Source of the DNA: Cetorhinus maximus
Taxonomy: Eukaryota
Reading direction: 5' to 3'
DNA: 64,000 bases
Assembly (NCBI RefSeq): GCF_964194155.1
Contig: NC_135901.1
Location: 9,548,001-9,612,000, forward strand
The translations under genes and the position numbers were made by a program. This document shows positions 24,447 to 37,410 of this stretch, one piece after another; position 1 is the stretch's first letter; the number at the start of each line of letters is the position of its first letter. Below the pieces are notes generated by a model, which was given only the letters and a program-made list of their open reading frames with translations, was not told the DNA's origin and made no database searches.

Positions 24447-25508
24447 ATGGATTGTGGGAAGGGATTCAATTTCCCATCTCAACTGGAAATTCATTGGTGC
24501 AGTCATACTGGGGAGAGACCGTTCACCTGCTCTATCTGTGGGAAGGGATTCACCCATTTGTACAAAATTCGGACACACCAGCGAGTTCACACTGAGGAGA
24601 GGCCATTCACCTGCCCTGTGTGTGGGAAGGACTTCACTCGGTCATCCCACATTGTGACACACCAACTTGTGCACACTGATAAGAGACCGTTTACATGTTC
24701 TGACTGTGAGAAGAGTTTTAAATGCAGAAAAGATCTGCTGATACATCAACGTATTCACACTGGGGAGAGGCCGTTCACCTGCTCCGTGTGTGGGAAGGGA
24801 TTCATTCAGTCATCCCACCTTCTGACACATCAACTTGTTCACTCTGATAACAAATTTTTTAATTGTTCTGACTGTGACAAGAGCTTTAAAAGCAAAAAGG
24901 ATCTGCTAACACATCAATATACTCACACTGGAGAGAGGCCATTCACCTGTACGAACTGTGGGAAGGGATTCAGCCGTCCGTCCGCCCTACTGAATCACCA
25001 GCGAATTCACACTGGGGAGAGGCCGTTAACCTGCTCTGACTGTGGGAAGGGATTCATTAATTCATCCAACCTTCTGATACACCAGCAACTTCACACGGGG
25101 GATAGACCATTCACCTGCTCTGACTGCGGGAAGGGATTCACCCGTTCATCTAACCTTCTGACACATCAGCAGGTTCACACTGAGGAGAGACCATTCACTT
25201 GCTCCGTGTGTGGGAAGAGATTCACTCGGTCATCCAACCTATTGATTCACCAGCGAGTACACACTGGAGAGAGGCCGTTCACCTGCTCTGTGTGTGGGAA
25301 GGGATTCACTCAGTTATCCAACCTGCTGACACACCAGAGCATTCACAGTGAGGAGAGGCCATTTACCTGCTCTGTGTGTGGGAAGAGATTTTCTCATTCA
25401 TCCTATCTGCTGAAACACCAGCGAGTTCACAGTGGGGAGAGGCCGTTCACCTGTAATGCCTGCGGAAAGGCATTCACTCAGTCATCACACCTGCAAACAC
25501 ACCAGTGA
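24447..25508 (+). CDS. ZNF-A: C2H2 array, 11 complete fingers plus partial first and last fingers
   Basis: Repeated [16 protein letters not shown] units. The last finger stops at CAG TGA GTT CAC (likely CGA>TGA). Upstream fingers (24190-24440) are decayed. Terminal exon starts at 24068. Confidence 0.85.
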   Translation: MDCGKGFNFPSQLEIHWCSHTGERPFTCSICGKGFTHLYKIRTHQRVHTEERPFTCPVCGKDFTRSSHIVTHQLVHTDKRPFTCSDCEKSFKCRKDLLIHQRIHTGERPFTCSVCGKGFIQSSHLLTHQLVHSDNKFFNCSDCDKSFKSKKDLLTHQYTHTGERPFTCTNCGKGFSRPSALLNHQRIHTGERPLTCSDCGKGFINSSNLLIHQQLHTGDRPFTCSDCGKGFTRSSNLLTHQQVHTEERPFTCSVCGKRFTRSSNLLIHQRVHTGERPFTCSVCGKGFTQLSNLLTHQSIHSEERPFTCSVCGKRFSHSSYLLKHQRVHSGERPFTCNACGKAFTQSSHLQTHQ

Positions 25509-26398
25509 GTTCACAAGCGACTGCAAAGTTTGGATTCTACTCCTGTTGATGCTGTTAATCATACCAGGACTGAACCATGTTCATTCTGACTGTCCTGACC
25601 TGTTGATGAGGTTCAATATTCTGAATAAATGTGAAATAAATCAGCTTTGTTTGTATATTTTTGTTTTTCCCCACCTGAGTGTTTAACATTGCCTGGCTGG
25701 AATCAGAAAGGACAATCTGGGGGAGGATCTTACGGTAGGAACAGAACTTCAGCCTGGACACAGTCCATCAGGGTCACACTGAGGGACCCCCAAACAACAC
25801 TTTGGTCTTTCTCATCTTTCTTCACTGATGGCACAATCCCAATGTGGGTGAATCCTGAGGTGTGTAAGAAATGTGTCTCAGCTGCTCTCTTCCATTGTTC
25901 AGAGCTCCTAGACACAGAACAGAAGGCTCTTTTACAACTGGGTTTAGAGTCAGGAAGAACAACGGTGAATGCTGGAAACGTGCTGCCAAATCAAAGGTTG
26001 GTGTAAAATTGTGATCTGTTCCTGACTGAAAGTGAAACAGCAGGTTTAAGTTTCCAGACGGAAAATGGTTCTTAATAAACCTAAAATGGTTCAACGTGTT
26101 TGGGTGTCAGTCCCGAGTCACTGAATCGAAACATGCTGAAATTTATTGGGTTAAAATCTGCATTAAACTAGAAGCTGGAGGAGTTCACAGGAGGCTGTTA
26201 ACTGCTGGGACAAGAATACAACAGTTTGATTCCCAGATAAAGAATGACCTGCAGCGTATGTCCAAGAATTCCCAGTTTTATTGATGTGTGCTTCCCACAC
26301 ACTGTCCATTTAAATATACCTCACTCCTACCAGCCTTTAACTGTCAGAAAGGTAACAGAGAGAAGGCTGAAGCTGTGTCTGCCCCTTTAACTTCACAG

Positions 26399-26774
26399 TG
26401 TCAGGACCCCTTCGGTCCCTTTAAGAATGAGTGATGTGTTCAGTTGAAGATTCCTATTGGTAATTTTCTGGGCAGTTTCCTTATTCTGATCATTCCCGGT
26501 GAGCCTTGGGTGTGTGAACCCGCCCCACTTCTGGGTGTGCCAACCCACCCTGACACCGGGTGTGTGAACCTGCTCTATGTGGTACTCGCCTGTGGGTTCT
26601 CGTGTTTCTCTCCATCTCGTTTATTCTGCTCCTTCTGCTTGAAGTTGCTGTTTGTGATTTTATTATCTGGAAGTTTAACAGTAATGGTATTAACCAATGT
26701 TATGGTCAAACTGTAGATGTAAAATGCCACCTTAGCTCCTTAAACATTTCAGTAGCAGTTTGGTTACAGTGACA
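26399..26774. mobile_element. Possible solo LTR
   Basis: TGTCA...TGACA inverted termini, near-TSD ACAG/ACAC. Confidence 0.3.
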
Positions 26775-26849
26775 ACACTGATTTTAGAATCTCTAAATTG
26801 TGGATTTCACCTTCAGAACCTGAGCATATTGACCAGGCTTCTAACCTCA

Positions 26850-27135
26850 TGATGATATTCAAAATTTGCAATTGAAAGCTGGTCTCAGTGATAGTGTCCA
26901 TGAAATTATCATTGCTTGTTGTAAAAACCCATCTGCTTCACTAATGTCCTTTATGGAAGGAAATTTGCCGTCCTCACCTGGTCCGGCCCACATGTGAGGC
27001 CAGACCCACAGCAATGTGGTTAACTCTTAACTGCCCTCTGAAATAACCGAGGAAGCCACCCTGTTCAAGGGCAGTTAAGGTTGGGCAACAAATGTTGGCC
27101 TTGCCAGTGACACCCACATCCCATCAAAGAATAAA
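26850..27135 (+). mobile_element. tRNA-derived SINE (5'-decayed)
   Basis: GTAAAAACCCATCTG...CAGCAATGTGG...GGGCAACAAATGTTGGCC. Confidence 0.7.
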
Positions 27136-27726
27136 ACAAAATATATTTTGCATGTGAAGATTTAATCATTTCAAGCATAAATTTAATCTCATTGACAGCT
27201 ATCAGCAGCTATTAACTCTGTTATGTTTTTGATAGTTAAAGGCTGGTAGGAGTGAAGTGTGTTTAAAAGGACAGTGTGTGGGAAGCACACATCAATTTCT
27301 AATGACTCTAGTGTTATGTGGGTAATATTTGTGTCGAAAGGATGGGGTGAATCTTGTAACAATCTCCCAGAAATTAACTGGGATTGAGGGGCAAGACTAA
27401 AGGTGAGCATTAGTGCACTGTACTTTACACCACTTAGTGACAAACCCTGTTGTGTTAAAGTTTACTAATTCACACTGGTGTAGCACTGAGTCAATTGCTC
27501 AGATAGATTTTTAATGTTAAGGATTATTTTTCCTGCAGGATTTTCTATTAAGCTTCCACCTGACCCACTGGTGGTGTCAGACAGAATCTAGAACTGTCTC
27601 CTCAGTTGAATGGACTGCTGCAGGATCCTAATGGTATCCAATTAAAAATTTATCAACTGGTTAACAGGCACAACTGAAACCAGCTCAACACAAAATGGTG
27701 TGTGTGAGTGTGTGCGCGCACACACT

Positions 27727-28715
27727 CGAGGGTAGCAGTGGAAGGATGCTTTTCTGAATGGAGAGCTGTGACTAGTGGTGTTCCTCAGGGATCAGTGTTG
27801 GGACCTTTGCTGTTTGTAGTATACGTAAATGATTTGGAGGAAAATGTAACTGGGCTAATCAGTAAGTTTGCAGACAACACTAAGGTTGGAGGAGTTGCAG
27901 ATAGTGAAGAGGATTGTCAAAGGATACAACGGGATATAGATCGGTTAGAGACTTGGGCGGAGAAATGGCAGATGGAGTTTAATCTGGACAAATGCGAGGT
28001 AATGCATTTTGGAAGGCCTAATACAGATAGGAATTATACAGTAAATGGCAGAATCCTTAAGTGCATCGACGGGCAGAGTGATCTCGGTGTACAGGTCCAC
28101 AGGTCACTGAAAGTGGCAACGCAGGTGGATAAGGTAGTTAGGAAGGCATATGGCCTACTTGCCTTCATCAGCAGGGGTATTGAGTATAAAAGCTGGGAAG
28201 TCATACTGCAGCTGTGTAGAACCTTGGTTAGGCCACACTTGGAGGTTTACCAGGATGCTGCCTGGTCTGGAGGTTATTAGCTATGAGGAGAGGTTGGAGC
28301 AACTCGGATTGTTCTCACTAAAGCGACGGAGATTGAGGGGCGACTTGATAGAAGTTAACAAAATTATGAGTGGCATGGACAGAGTAGATAGTCAGAAGCT
28401 TTTTCCCAGGGTGGAAGAGTCAATTACTAGGGGCATTGATTTAAGGTGAGAGGAGAAAACTTTAGAGGAGATGTGCGGGGCAAGTTTTTTACGCAGAGGG
28501 TAGTGAGTGTCTGGAATTCACTGCCAGAGGAGGTGGTGGAAGCAGGTATGATAGTGGTGTTTAAGAGGCAACTTGACAAATACATGAACAGGATGGGAAT
28601 AGAGGGATATGGACCCCGGAAGTGCAAAATGTTTTAGTTTGACAGGCAATATGATCGGTGCAGGCTTGGAGGGCCGAAGGGCCTGTTCCTGTGCTGTCCT
28701 TTTCTTCTTTGTTCT
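27727..28715 (+). mobile_element. CR1 LINE 3' fragment (RT C-terminal half)
   Basis: SGVPQGSVLGPLLFVVYVNDLE...KFADNTK...WQMEFN; internal deletion. Confidence 0.9.
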
Positions 28716-28967
28716 TGTGTCTATGTGTCTGATTGTGAACACATCATTCTTCACGTTTGCAATGTATTTCCTGAAGTAATTATCTCCAGCAAGTATTTTA
28801 GTCCTTTATTTCCATTTATTCCAAATGTAATGTCTTTGCAAATCTTTTAATAGACCTGACAATTATCTGGAATCCATTCTCTGGGGTGCTGCTGTTTAGA
28901 AAACAATCTCACACTGACCATTCAATTATTAAAATGAGCACATCTGTCCCCAAACTCACTTCACCTC

Positions 28968-29135
28968 TCGAGTCCGTATGACTCTTCTTCAGACTGTATG
29001 GTCGTCTACAGTCATACGGACTCGAAACATTAACTCTGTTTCTCTCTCCACAGATGCTGTCAGACCTGCTGAGTTTTTCCAACATTTTCTGTTTTTATTT
29101 CAGATTTTCAGCATCCACAATATTTTGCTTTTATT
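28968..29135 (+). mobile_element. Penelope pseudo-LTR fragment with inverted part
   Basis: 16-bp perfect inverted repeat at 28968-28983 and 29010-29025; GACCTGCTGAGTTTTTCC tail. Confidence 0.7.
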
Positions 29136-30169
29136 TCAATTAACCTCTCTCCTCTCTCTCTCAGACACTAAGTCACTTAATCTCTGTTTCACAGAGCGCC
29201 TAAACTCACTTAATTTTTTTTTCTCTCTCTGAGAAAGAACCTAACACATAACCTCACTTAGCCTCTCTTCTCTGTCTGAGGCAACGCTCAACGTACAAAG
29301 AGTCATTCCCCTCTCTGTTTCTCTCTCTCTCTCAGACAGGCCTCGATTCACTTTAACTCTCCTATTTTCTGATAACTGTTTTTGGGAAAAATTATTTATT
29401 GTATATAATTTCCCCTTATTTCTCCCAAGGATAACCATCAGCTCATTTCCCCCTTCAGTGAATATGTTAAAACCCCAAATAAGCTCATGTGTTTAAATAT
29501 TTAAAATGAGAATGGAGGTGAATGTAATGCTGAGACCAGCAGCAATCAGTGTGGTTGTTCTTGATGCTGTCAGAGTGAGTTCACCCTCACAGGCAGGGAG
29601 ACTGTTCACGGTGATAACATGAAACTGACGCCTGCTGTTTCATTCTCAGGTAACACAACTTCCTGTTTCTCTGCTGCTGGTTCCTAACCCCACATCTCAC
29701 TTCTGAGCAGAAAATAAATCCAGGGGCTACAGTCGGGTGAGAACATCTGTCAAGGCGGCCTATATCTGGCCACAGAGTCAGGGCAGAGTCACACAGATCA
29801 CATTGCGGTGACATTTACAAATGAGCCTGTTGTTTCTGTTCAGAGTCTCCATTCCCGGACATATGTGGCCGTGTCTGTGGATCAGTCACTGAGTTCCCTC
29901 TGCTCTCCATAGCCAGGAACTGATAGCCTGCTCCTTTCCATTTTATATCATTCTCTCACATCATTCTGTATTACTTGCTTCCTCTATTTCTCAGCTTTAT
30001 CTCTCACCACCTCATCTTTCTGTTTTTCTAAGTGTCTCAGTTTTTCTCTCAGTTTTTGTCTCTCCTTTCCCCTATATCTCTCTCAATGTCAGTGTGTTCC
30101 TGTTTAATTGAGATGTTCAATATCATGAAGGGTTTTTGTTTGATTAAAGAAGGAAAAATGGTGAAAGGC

Positions 30170-30620
30170 AGAAAACGCTGGAAAAATTCAGCAGGTCTGT
30201 TTCTGGACAGCGAAACAGATTTAAGGTTTTCAGTCCAACATCACTCTTCTTTTGAGCAGGAAAAACAGGGGTTGTCCTTCTTAGATCAGAAAAGTTTAGG
30301 GGGAAATTTAATGGAGATGTTCAAAATGAGGAAGGATTTGTAATAGTGTCGAAAGGGAGAAACTGTTTCCAGGAGCAGGAAGGTTTGTAATCAGAGGACA
30401 CAGAGATTTAAGATATTTGACAACAGAACCGGAGGGAGTGATAAGGAGAACATTTTTATGCAGTGATTTGATGTGACCTGGAATGCACATACTGACAGCA
30501 GATATATATAATATCTGCTACTGGTAGCAGATATAATAGCAACTTTCAAAGGGAATTTGACCAATACTTGAAGAGGGAATAATTGGCAGAGTTGTAGTGA
30601 ATGGGACTAATTGGATGGTT
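30170..30620. mobile_element. Penelope pseudo-LTR remnant followed by CR1 tail
   Basis: GGAAAAATTCAGCAGGTCTG, then GGNLMEMFK. Confidence 0.55.
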
Positions 30621-32339
30621 CACTCATCTTTGTGACATTCTGAATTTTCCTCTCCTGAGGTTTTAACATTTGATCTTTTCAATCATAATGCATCTCAAAC
30701 AGAAGGTTTAATATGTTGGTTTCTCCGAGCTGTCAGATCTGTTTCCTGTGCAGCTGTGTAACTCGGGAACTGCAGGCAAGGGTGAGAAGGAACCGATTCT
30801 TTTCAGTTCCTCTAACAGATGCACCATTGTCACCTCAGATACCAGAAATCTCTGGAGTTCCCCATGTCGTCATTGCCCTCCCCTTGGGTATAACAGCTCT
30901 CAGTCAGGTGGAGTCAGTCACACGTGTCTCTGTCATGATATTTCCACTCCTATTTTATCACACACCTCCCTGTGACACTCACCATAACACAGACACCCAA
31001 ATATCATTGCTTCCTTACACCTTGTCCTCCTATTACAATCGAATCTTTATTCAGCCTCTTGTCTCCCTTAATGTAAGATTACCTGTAGTTAAAGCCACCT
31101 CTGTTATTAAGAACTGGAATTGGCCTTTGTGATTATTTTTACACCAGACTCTAGTTGGCCTCGCGTGCTGCAGTCATAACTCCCTTCACAAACCCAAAGA
31201 GGAAGAGGTTGTTTTTTAATGAGTGGGCAGACACCTCAAACCTGCAATCATGTCCCAGAAATCCCTGCCTTGCTGAACGGAGCAACTGCCCAGAATTGTC
31301 CCATCTGTCATTCCCTTCACTCCTTCTGAGTCTAAGAAAATAGCCAGCAAAAGAACAGAGACTCCCATTTATAATGACACCAGGCGCATCAGCTTAGATG
31401 ATGTGGTTGGGTCTCTGGAGAGGGCTTGAACCCACATCCTTCTGACTCGGGGTGAGTGCACCACCAATTAGTCAATGTTGACGTCGGTTTATATTCCACT
31501 AGACTGTGTCTGTGTTATTACACTCAACCCCATCCCATTCACATTGCATTGATCCTTGGCTCTGTTATTAGGGATTAGGCAACACATTGATGTCATATTA
31601 TATCAATGGACCATGACTCACTCACACTGCTATATGAGACCTAATCTTTGGTTTTGGTGCACTAGATACTGATTGTATTATCATCACATTGGATCCAATG
31701 ATGAATTCACTAACACACTGCAACCTGACTTATTATTGGAACAAACACTGTATTTGTTACACTCAAAGTGAGCCAGACCTTTGCTGTTCTTCCTTCGGGC
31801 CCCATCTGCACTCTTACTGCATCAGACCGTGTGTGTCATTGTTACACTTATACTCTGCCACTGTTATTATTAGAAAATAACCTGCCTTTTATTTCAGTTC
31901 TGGTGTCCGACTTTATTATTATCATTGGAATCATTTTTCCTGCCAGTTTTCAACTGGAACTTGTTTCTGGTATTTGATTGTCACATTTCCATGTTTTTAA
32001 CATTATTATTTAGTCTATATGTGAATTTCCTCATGTAAGTCACACTGTAATTCAGCCTTTGGTCTGAAAACTCGTTTCTTGAATAAAATACCGTTATTAT
32101 AGCTCACAGTATAGGATCATAAGCTCAGAATTACCACTTGGCAGGGCACAAGCGGGTAAATAGTGACTGGGATTGAACCTCACCATCACACAGCACCTTC
32201 ACGAAAGAAAGGGAGAAAAATCTGAGTGTTGCATCCCTGTTGATGGTCCATATTCTACCACCTGAAGCATTCTGGGTAGCATCATCTGCCACTGTCTTCA
32301 GATGGTACAGGGCTAAAGGAAGGTGTTCAGCTCATCATG

Positions 32340-33100
32340 TTTGTATCAGCTCATTTGTGCAGCTATCGAATTAGTCCCACTCCCCTGCTCTTTACTCCTA
32401 GATTTGGATATTTCTTCTCCTCAACTGTTTATTCAATTCTCCCAAGAATGTTGCTATTGAATCTGCTTGAAGCACCCTTTCAGGCAGTGCATTCCAGATC
32501 ACAAAAACACACAACTTAAAAAAGATGTTCTGAAATCTGTGTCCTCTGATTAGCTATTTTTCTGCTACTGGAGACCCTTCCTCTTTCTTTAGTTTGTCAA
32601 AGCCATTCATGATTTTGAAAACTGCTATTGCATCTTTTTTCTTTCAGACTGCTGCAGTCCATGTGGTGTCAGTTCTGGGCATTTTAAGAGTCAACTATAT
32701 TGCTGTGGGTCTGGAGTCATATGCAGGCCAGACCCGGTGAGGATGGCAGATTTCCTTCTCTAAAGGACATTAGTGAACCAGATGGGTTTCCATGACATTT
32801 GATAAGGACTTCATGGTCATCACGAGATTTGGTGGGATTTGAACCCAGTCTCCAGAGCATTTCCCTGGGTCTTTGGATTACTAATCCAGTGACAATACCA
32901 CGATGCCACCACCTCCATTTTTGACACTTTGCTCCAAGGAAAACAATCCCAGTTTTTCCAGACTCTCCATATAACTGAAGCCTCTTATCGTTGGTATCAT
33001 TCTAGTTCATCACCTTCTCTAAGGCTTTGAAATCCTGTTTAAAGTGTGATGCCCAGAAATGAATATAGCACTCCAACTGAGGCCTAACGATTGGTTTATA
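32340..33100 (-). mobile_element. Old CR1 fragment interrupted by a SINE (~32690-32915)
   Basis: CR1 3' motifs on - strand flank the SINE core GATTTCCTTCTCTAAAGGACATTAGTGAACC. Confidence 0.6.
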
Positions 33101-33669
33101 AAATTAGTATTAACTCATTTAACATAAACACACTCAAAATAAATTGTTGAAAATCTGCACTAAGATATCACATGGAGGCGTTCACAGGAGGCTGTTAACT
33201 GCTGCTGCAATTGTGTAACCGACATTCGATCCGCAGATAAAGAAGATAACATTGTGGTTATCCATTGACAATCCCTCGTGTCAGGGATGATTCTTTCTTG
33301 TCGATGGCTGGGTGGAAGTGAGATGTTACTGTTAGCTGTGGGTTCACAAATGACTAATGAGCCCTATTTTAGCCTTGCAGGCTCTCCCAACAGTGAGGAC
33401 ATGGGGGTTGTCAGCCAGTGGATTGTTGACACGAGCAGCTGCCTTCTCTGTTTGTCTCTCTCAGTGGCTGCTCTTGTTGATTGAAACGTTTTTGGATGAT
33501 GAATCACCATTTTGGAGGCAATTGGGAATCTGCTTTCCGAGTGTTTATTTTGATAGAGCAGAATGTCATGGAGTTCTTGAGATTGTCTTTGAAAAGTTTC
33601 ATTTGGACCCATGTGTAGCTCTGAGTACAGCACCTGTTTGTCAATCTGAATTCAAGCATTCTGATGACA

Positions 33670-34130
33670 TGCCCAGACATAGTGGTTACATTACTGGATT
33701 AGTAATCGAGAGGGAATAATGATCTGGAAATGTGAGTTCAAATCCCATCACAACAGTTAGAGATTTTAAATTCAGTTAATTCAATAAATCTGGAATAAAA
33801 ATCTACTATAAAAGCTGTTATCAGTGATTATGAAACAAATGCATTGTTACAAAAGTCCAACTGGTCCCCTGACATCCTCTAGGAGTGGAAATCTGCCATT
33901 CCAGCCTCATCTGGTCTTCAGGTGACTCCAGACCAACAGCAATGTGCTTGACCCTTTGAAATGGTGCATAAGCCACTTGGTCATATCAAAACCGCTCAGA
34001 GAAAGTAAAATTCAATTGGATTGCAGCCGTTTGGGAAGGCAGGTCGCCATCACATTCTCAAGGGCAATTAGGGATGGTAATAAATGGCCGCATTGCCAGT
34101 GACACCCACATCCTGTGATGAATGAAAAAA
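33670..34130 (+). mobile_element. tRNA-derived SINE
   Basis: GAGTTCAAATCCC B-box; tail AAGGGCAATTAGGGATGG...AATAAATG. Confidence 0.7.
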
Positions 34131-34497
34131 AAGGAGCTGCAGCCTGTTTCCAGGTTTCTCTGTGTTATTGGTGTGTGACAGCATAACTAAAAATACACAA
34201 CCAGGAAAATCCATGAGACAACAATCCTGACAGTTACTCACTGAAAGGATTCACTCAGTCACCCCATCTGCTGACTTCACATTTGACAGGAGGGATTGGA
34301 TTCTGCGTTATTGCTGCTGTTTCCGTAAAACTTTGGGGGATTTGCAATTCACCATCAATTCCCTTTTTGGTGGATAATGGAGGTTCTGTGCACTTGGGCT
34401 TCTGTATAACTTGGTTGCTAATTTTATTGACTGCCCAACACTCCTCCCAATCCCCACGTTGCAAAGAAAGGACTCACGATTCACCAATTAGGCCACT

Positions 34498-34920
34498 CGA
34501 TGGCGAGAACTTTACCCAGCATCCCCCGCGTTGGCGAATGTCCCCTATCCCCACCACAGGAGAGCAGTGCGCAGACGCAGTACCGCCCAGTGTTTGGAGC
34601 ATGCGCCATAATGGCGATGCGGAATCTTTTTTGTCTGTCTTATCTCCAAACCGGTAAGGAAGTGAAAACACGGAGGGAGCGATGGAGGCGGCGGGAGGAC
34701 GGGGAGGGTTTCTAAACACTTCGTAAAGGCTCCAAACCTCGAATAAGACCCTGATATACTCCTGTTTGCAGCCCGGTTCTTTTTTCCGAACAAGCTCAAG
34801 TTAACGGCCGCCATTTAGGTTGAGCGGGGAGCATAGCGCATGCGCGGACGTCCTGGTCCAACAGGGAGTAGGCGGGGTTGCAGGGGTAATCTGTTCCCAA
34901 CTGGGTCTCAGTGCCCGGGA
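34498..34920 (+). promoter_or_regulatory. CpG-island promoter of ZNF-B
   Basis: Same module as 23341; GCCGCCATTT and GCGCATGCGC downstream. Confidence 0.7.
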
Positions 34921-35717
34921 GATAATGTTATCTGGGCAACAGATTTTTAAACAGCTTCACCCACTCCCAGGCTGCAGGTGATGTTTACAGCCTACAGGAG
35001 TCCATGGGCCATGTATATATTCATTGTGAGAGGTTGCAGCCCCTGTATAATTACCTGAAGGTCTGCTCCTCAATATCTGGTCACACTTCAGACCCAGGCT
35101 CCTAATCGTTGTCTGCCCAGTGTGGAGGGGACTGGGTACATAAGAGGATCTTGTCCTGGAGCTGCTCTTCAGCGTGGTTACAACTTGTAGATCTGGCTGC
35201 GGGTCAGTCTTCTATGGTCTTGCCTGTGCCCTGGTGGCCAGGGCCAGCGAGAATGCAGTGTCCATCCGTATGGTTGATGCCTTCCACAAACAGTGGGCAC
35301 CTCAGAGTGTAGAGTGTCTCATAGTCACTGGAATTAACATTGTGGTTTAATTGTGAAAATTGCATTTGCTTTTTTTGCCTTTTGGGGCTTCTTTTAGTTT
35401 GATTTAGATCACATGTTTGGAAGAACAGAGAGAGAAAAAAATTGCACAGAAACTAGAATTGTCTGTTTTGAATTTCTAACATGGACTGATAGCGATACTG
35501 ACACTGTCAACTCTTTCTGCAGGATATTAGAAGGAGATGATTTGCACAGGAAACTAACCAAACATCACATCAAGACCTCTCAGAGTCAATCGATTCATCA
35601 GGATCTGAATATCATCAGCCTTTGAATGTGCAAGGAGAAATGTTTCTCTGATCTGTCTGTGGGAAAAGATTACAAACATCATTGTGACCAGAAAAGCACC
35701 GAGACACACACACCCGA

Positions 35718-36389
35718 GTGAGAGTGTTCCAGTGCACTGACTGTGGAAAGAGCTTTAACAAGTTACACAGCCTGAAAAAACATCACACCATTCACAGCGG
35801 GGAGAAACTGTACATGTGTTCTGTGTGTGGACAAGTTTGCAACAGATCATCCAACCTGGAGAGACACAAGGACACCCACACCATTGAGAAACCGTGGAAA
35901 TGTGGGGATTGTGGGAAGGGATTCAGTTTCCCATCCCAGCTGGAAACTCACCGACGCAGTCACACTGGGGAGAGACCGTTCACCTGCTCTGTGTGTGGAA
36001 AGGAATTCACTAAGTCATCCAGCCTGGGGTCACACCAGAGAGTTCACAGTGACGAGAGGCCTTTTAAATGCTTTTACTGTGGAGATTGCTTTAAGACCTC
36101 TCCTGATCTAATTAAACACCAGCTTGTTCACACTGACAAGAGACCATTCAGTTGCTCTCACTGTGAGAAGAGATTCAGACAATCATCTCACCTTATTCAA
36201 CATCAGCGAGTTCACACTGGGGAAAAGATATTCACCTGCTCCTTGTGTGAGAAGCGATTCGCTCAGTCATCCAATCTCCAGACACACCAACGCACTCACA
36301 GTGGGGAGAGGCCGTTTACCTGCTCTGAGTGTGGGAAGGGATTCAATCGACCATCCAACTTGTTGAGACACCAGCGGGTTCATGTGTGA
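35718..36389 (+). CDS. ZNF-B: C2H2 array, 8 fingers, start uncertain (first in-frame ATG 35814)
   Basis: Intact finger array. The usual MEKPW start reads IEKPW (ATT). Acceptor at 35521-35522. Confidence 0.75.
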   Translation: MRVFQCTDCGKSFNKLHSLKKHHTIHSGEKLYMCSVCGQVCNRSSNLERHKDTHTIEKPWKCGDCGKGFSFPSQLETHRRSHTGERPFTCSVCGKEFTKSSSLGSHQRVHSDERPFKCFYCGDCFKTSPDLIKHQLVHTDKRPFSCSHCEKRFRQSSHLIQHQRVHTGEKIFTCSLCEKRFAQSSNLQTHQRTHSGERPFTCSECGKGFNRPSNLLRHQRVHV

Positions 36390-36479
36390 CTGCAGGGGTT
36401 GGATGCTGCTGTTAATCACATGCTTTATTTATTTCTGCTGAAGTTAATAACTCCTATCACTGGGCCAGAGTTTAAAGTT

Positions 36480-36730
36480 CTTTGCAGGGCAGGTGGTGTG
36501 CTGGGACTGCAACAAGTGGGAATTTCTGGAGCATATTGTGATCCTGGACCATCATACCTGTGGTGAGTGTCTGCAGCTCAGGAAATCTGGGCTCAGGGTT
36601 ATTGAGCTGGAGTCTGAGCTGCAGACATCAGGGGCGTCAGGGAGGGGGAGAGTCAGCTGGACACTTTCTTCCAGGAAGCAGTCACAGCCCCAAGGTTCAG
36701 TGGTTTAGTCAATGGTCAGGATATATCAGA
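36480..36730 (+). mobile_element. CR1 ORF1 N-terminal fragment
   Basis: VVCWDCNKWE...HTCGECLQL...LRVIELESELQT resembles the CR1 ORF1 zinc-finger/leucine-zipper region. Confidence 0.6.
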
Positions 36731-37004
36731 ATATGTCAAGGAAATCAGTTTTAGCATCTGTGGTCTTAATTTCTCCGGGTTAAGAGGAGAGAAACTGACA
36801 TCTGGAATTAGTGTGTGTCAATCAAGGCACCTTTCCCTTCTTTAAGACGCTGGAACATTGATTCTGATGTTATCAGTGAAATTAACTGATCTGAGACATT
36901 GAAAGGATTCTCGTTACAGCACATCAGGGATTTCAACCTAATTTCGACTTTGGGACAATCAGAATACTTGGTAACAGACAAGACACTGAAAGGTTTGAAG
37001 GGAT

Positions 37005-37410
37005 GGTTCTGAAGAAGAGTCATACGGACTCAAAATGTTAACACTTTTTTTTTACTCTCCACGGATGCTGTTAGACCTGCTGAGTTTTTCCAGCATTTTA
37101 TGGTTTTGTTGCCCTTGAACTGAGTCGCTTGTCACACCATAAGAAGTTAAGAGTCAACCACATTGCTGTGGGTCTGGAATCACGTGTAGGCCAGATCAGG
37201 TAAGGACAGCAGGTTTCCTTCCCTAAAGGGCACTGGTGAACCAGATGGGTTTTTACAACAATGGTTTCCTGGTCATCATTATTGAGATTAGCTTTTCAAT
37301 TTCAGATTATTACTTGAATTCAAATTCCACTGGGATTTGAACCTTGTTCCCCAGATCATTAGCTTGGGACTCTGGATTACTCGTTTGGTGATATTTCCAC
37401 TATGCCACCA
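37005..37410. mobile_element. Penelope pseudo-LTR (37005-37110 +) and SINE (37110-37410 -)
   Basis: CTGAAGAAGAGTCATACGGACTC...GACCTGCTGAGTTTTTCC, followed by the SINE core. Confidence 0.7.

Noticed and set aside
27708-28280. 190-aa and similar RT ORFs (16296, 41602) as host genes
   Set aside because: Truncated CR1 ORF2 fragments with deletions and frameshifts.
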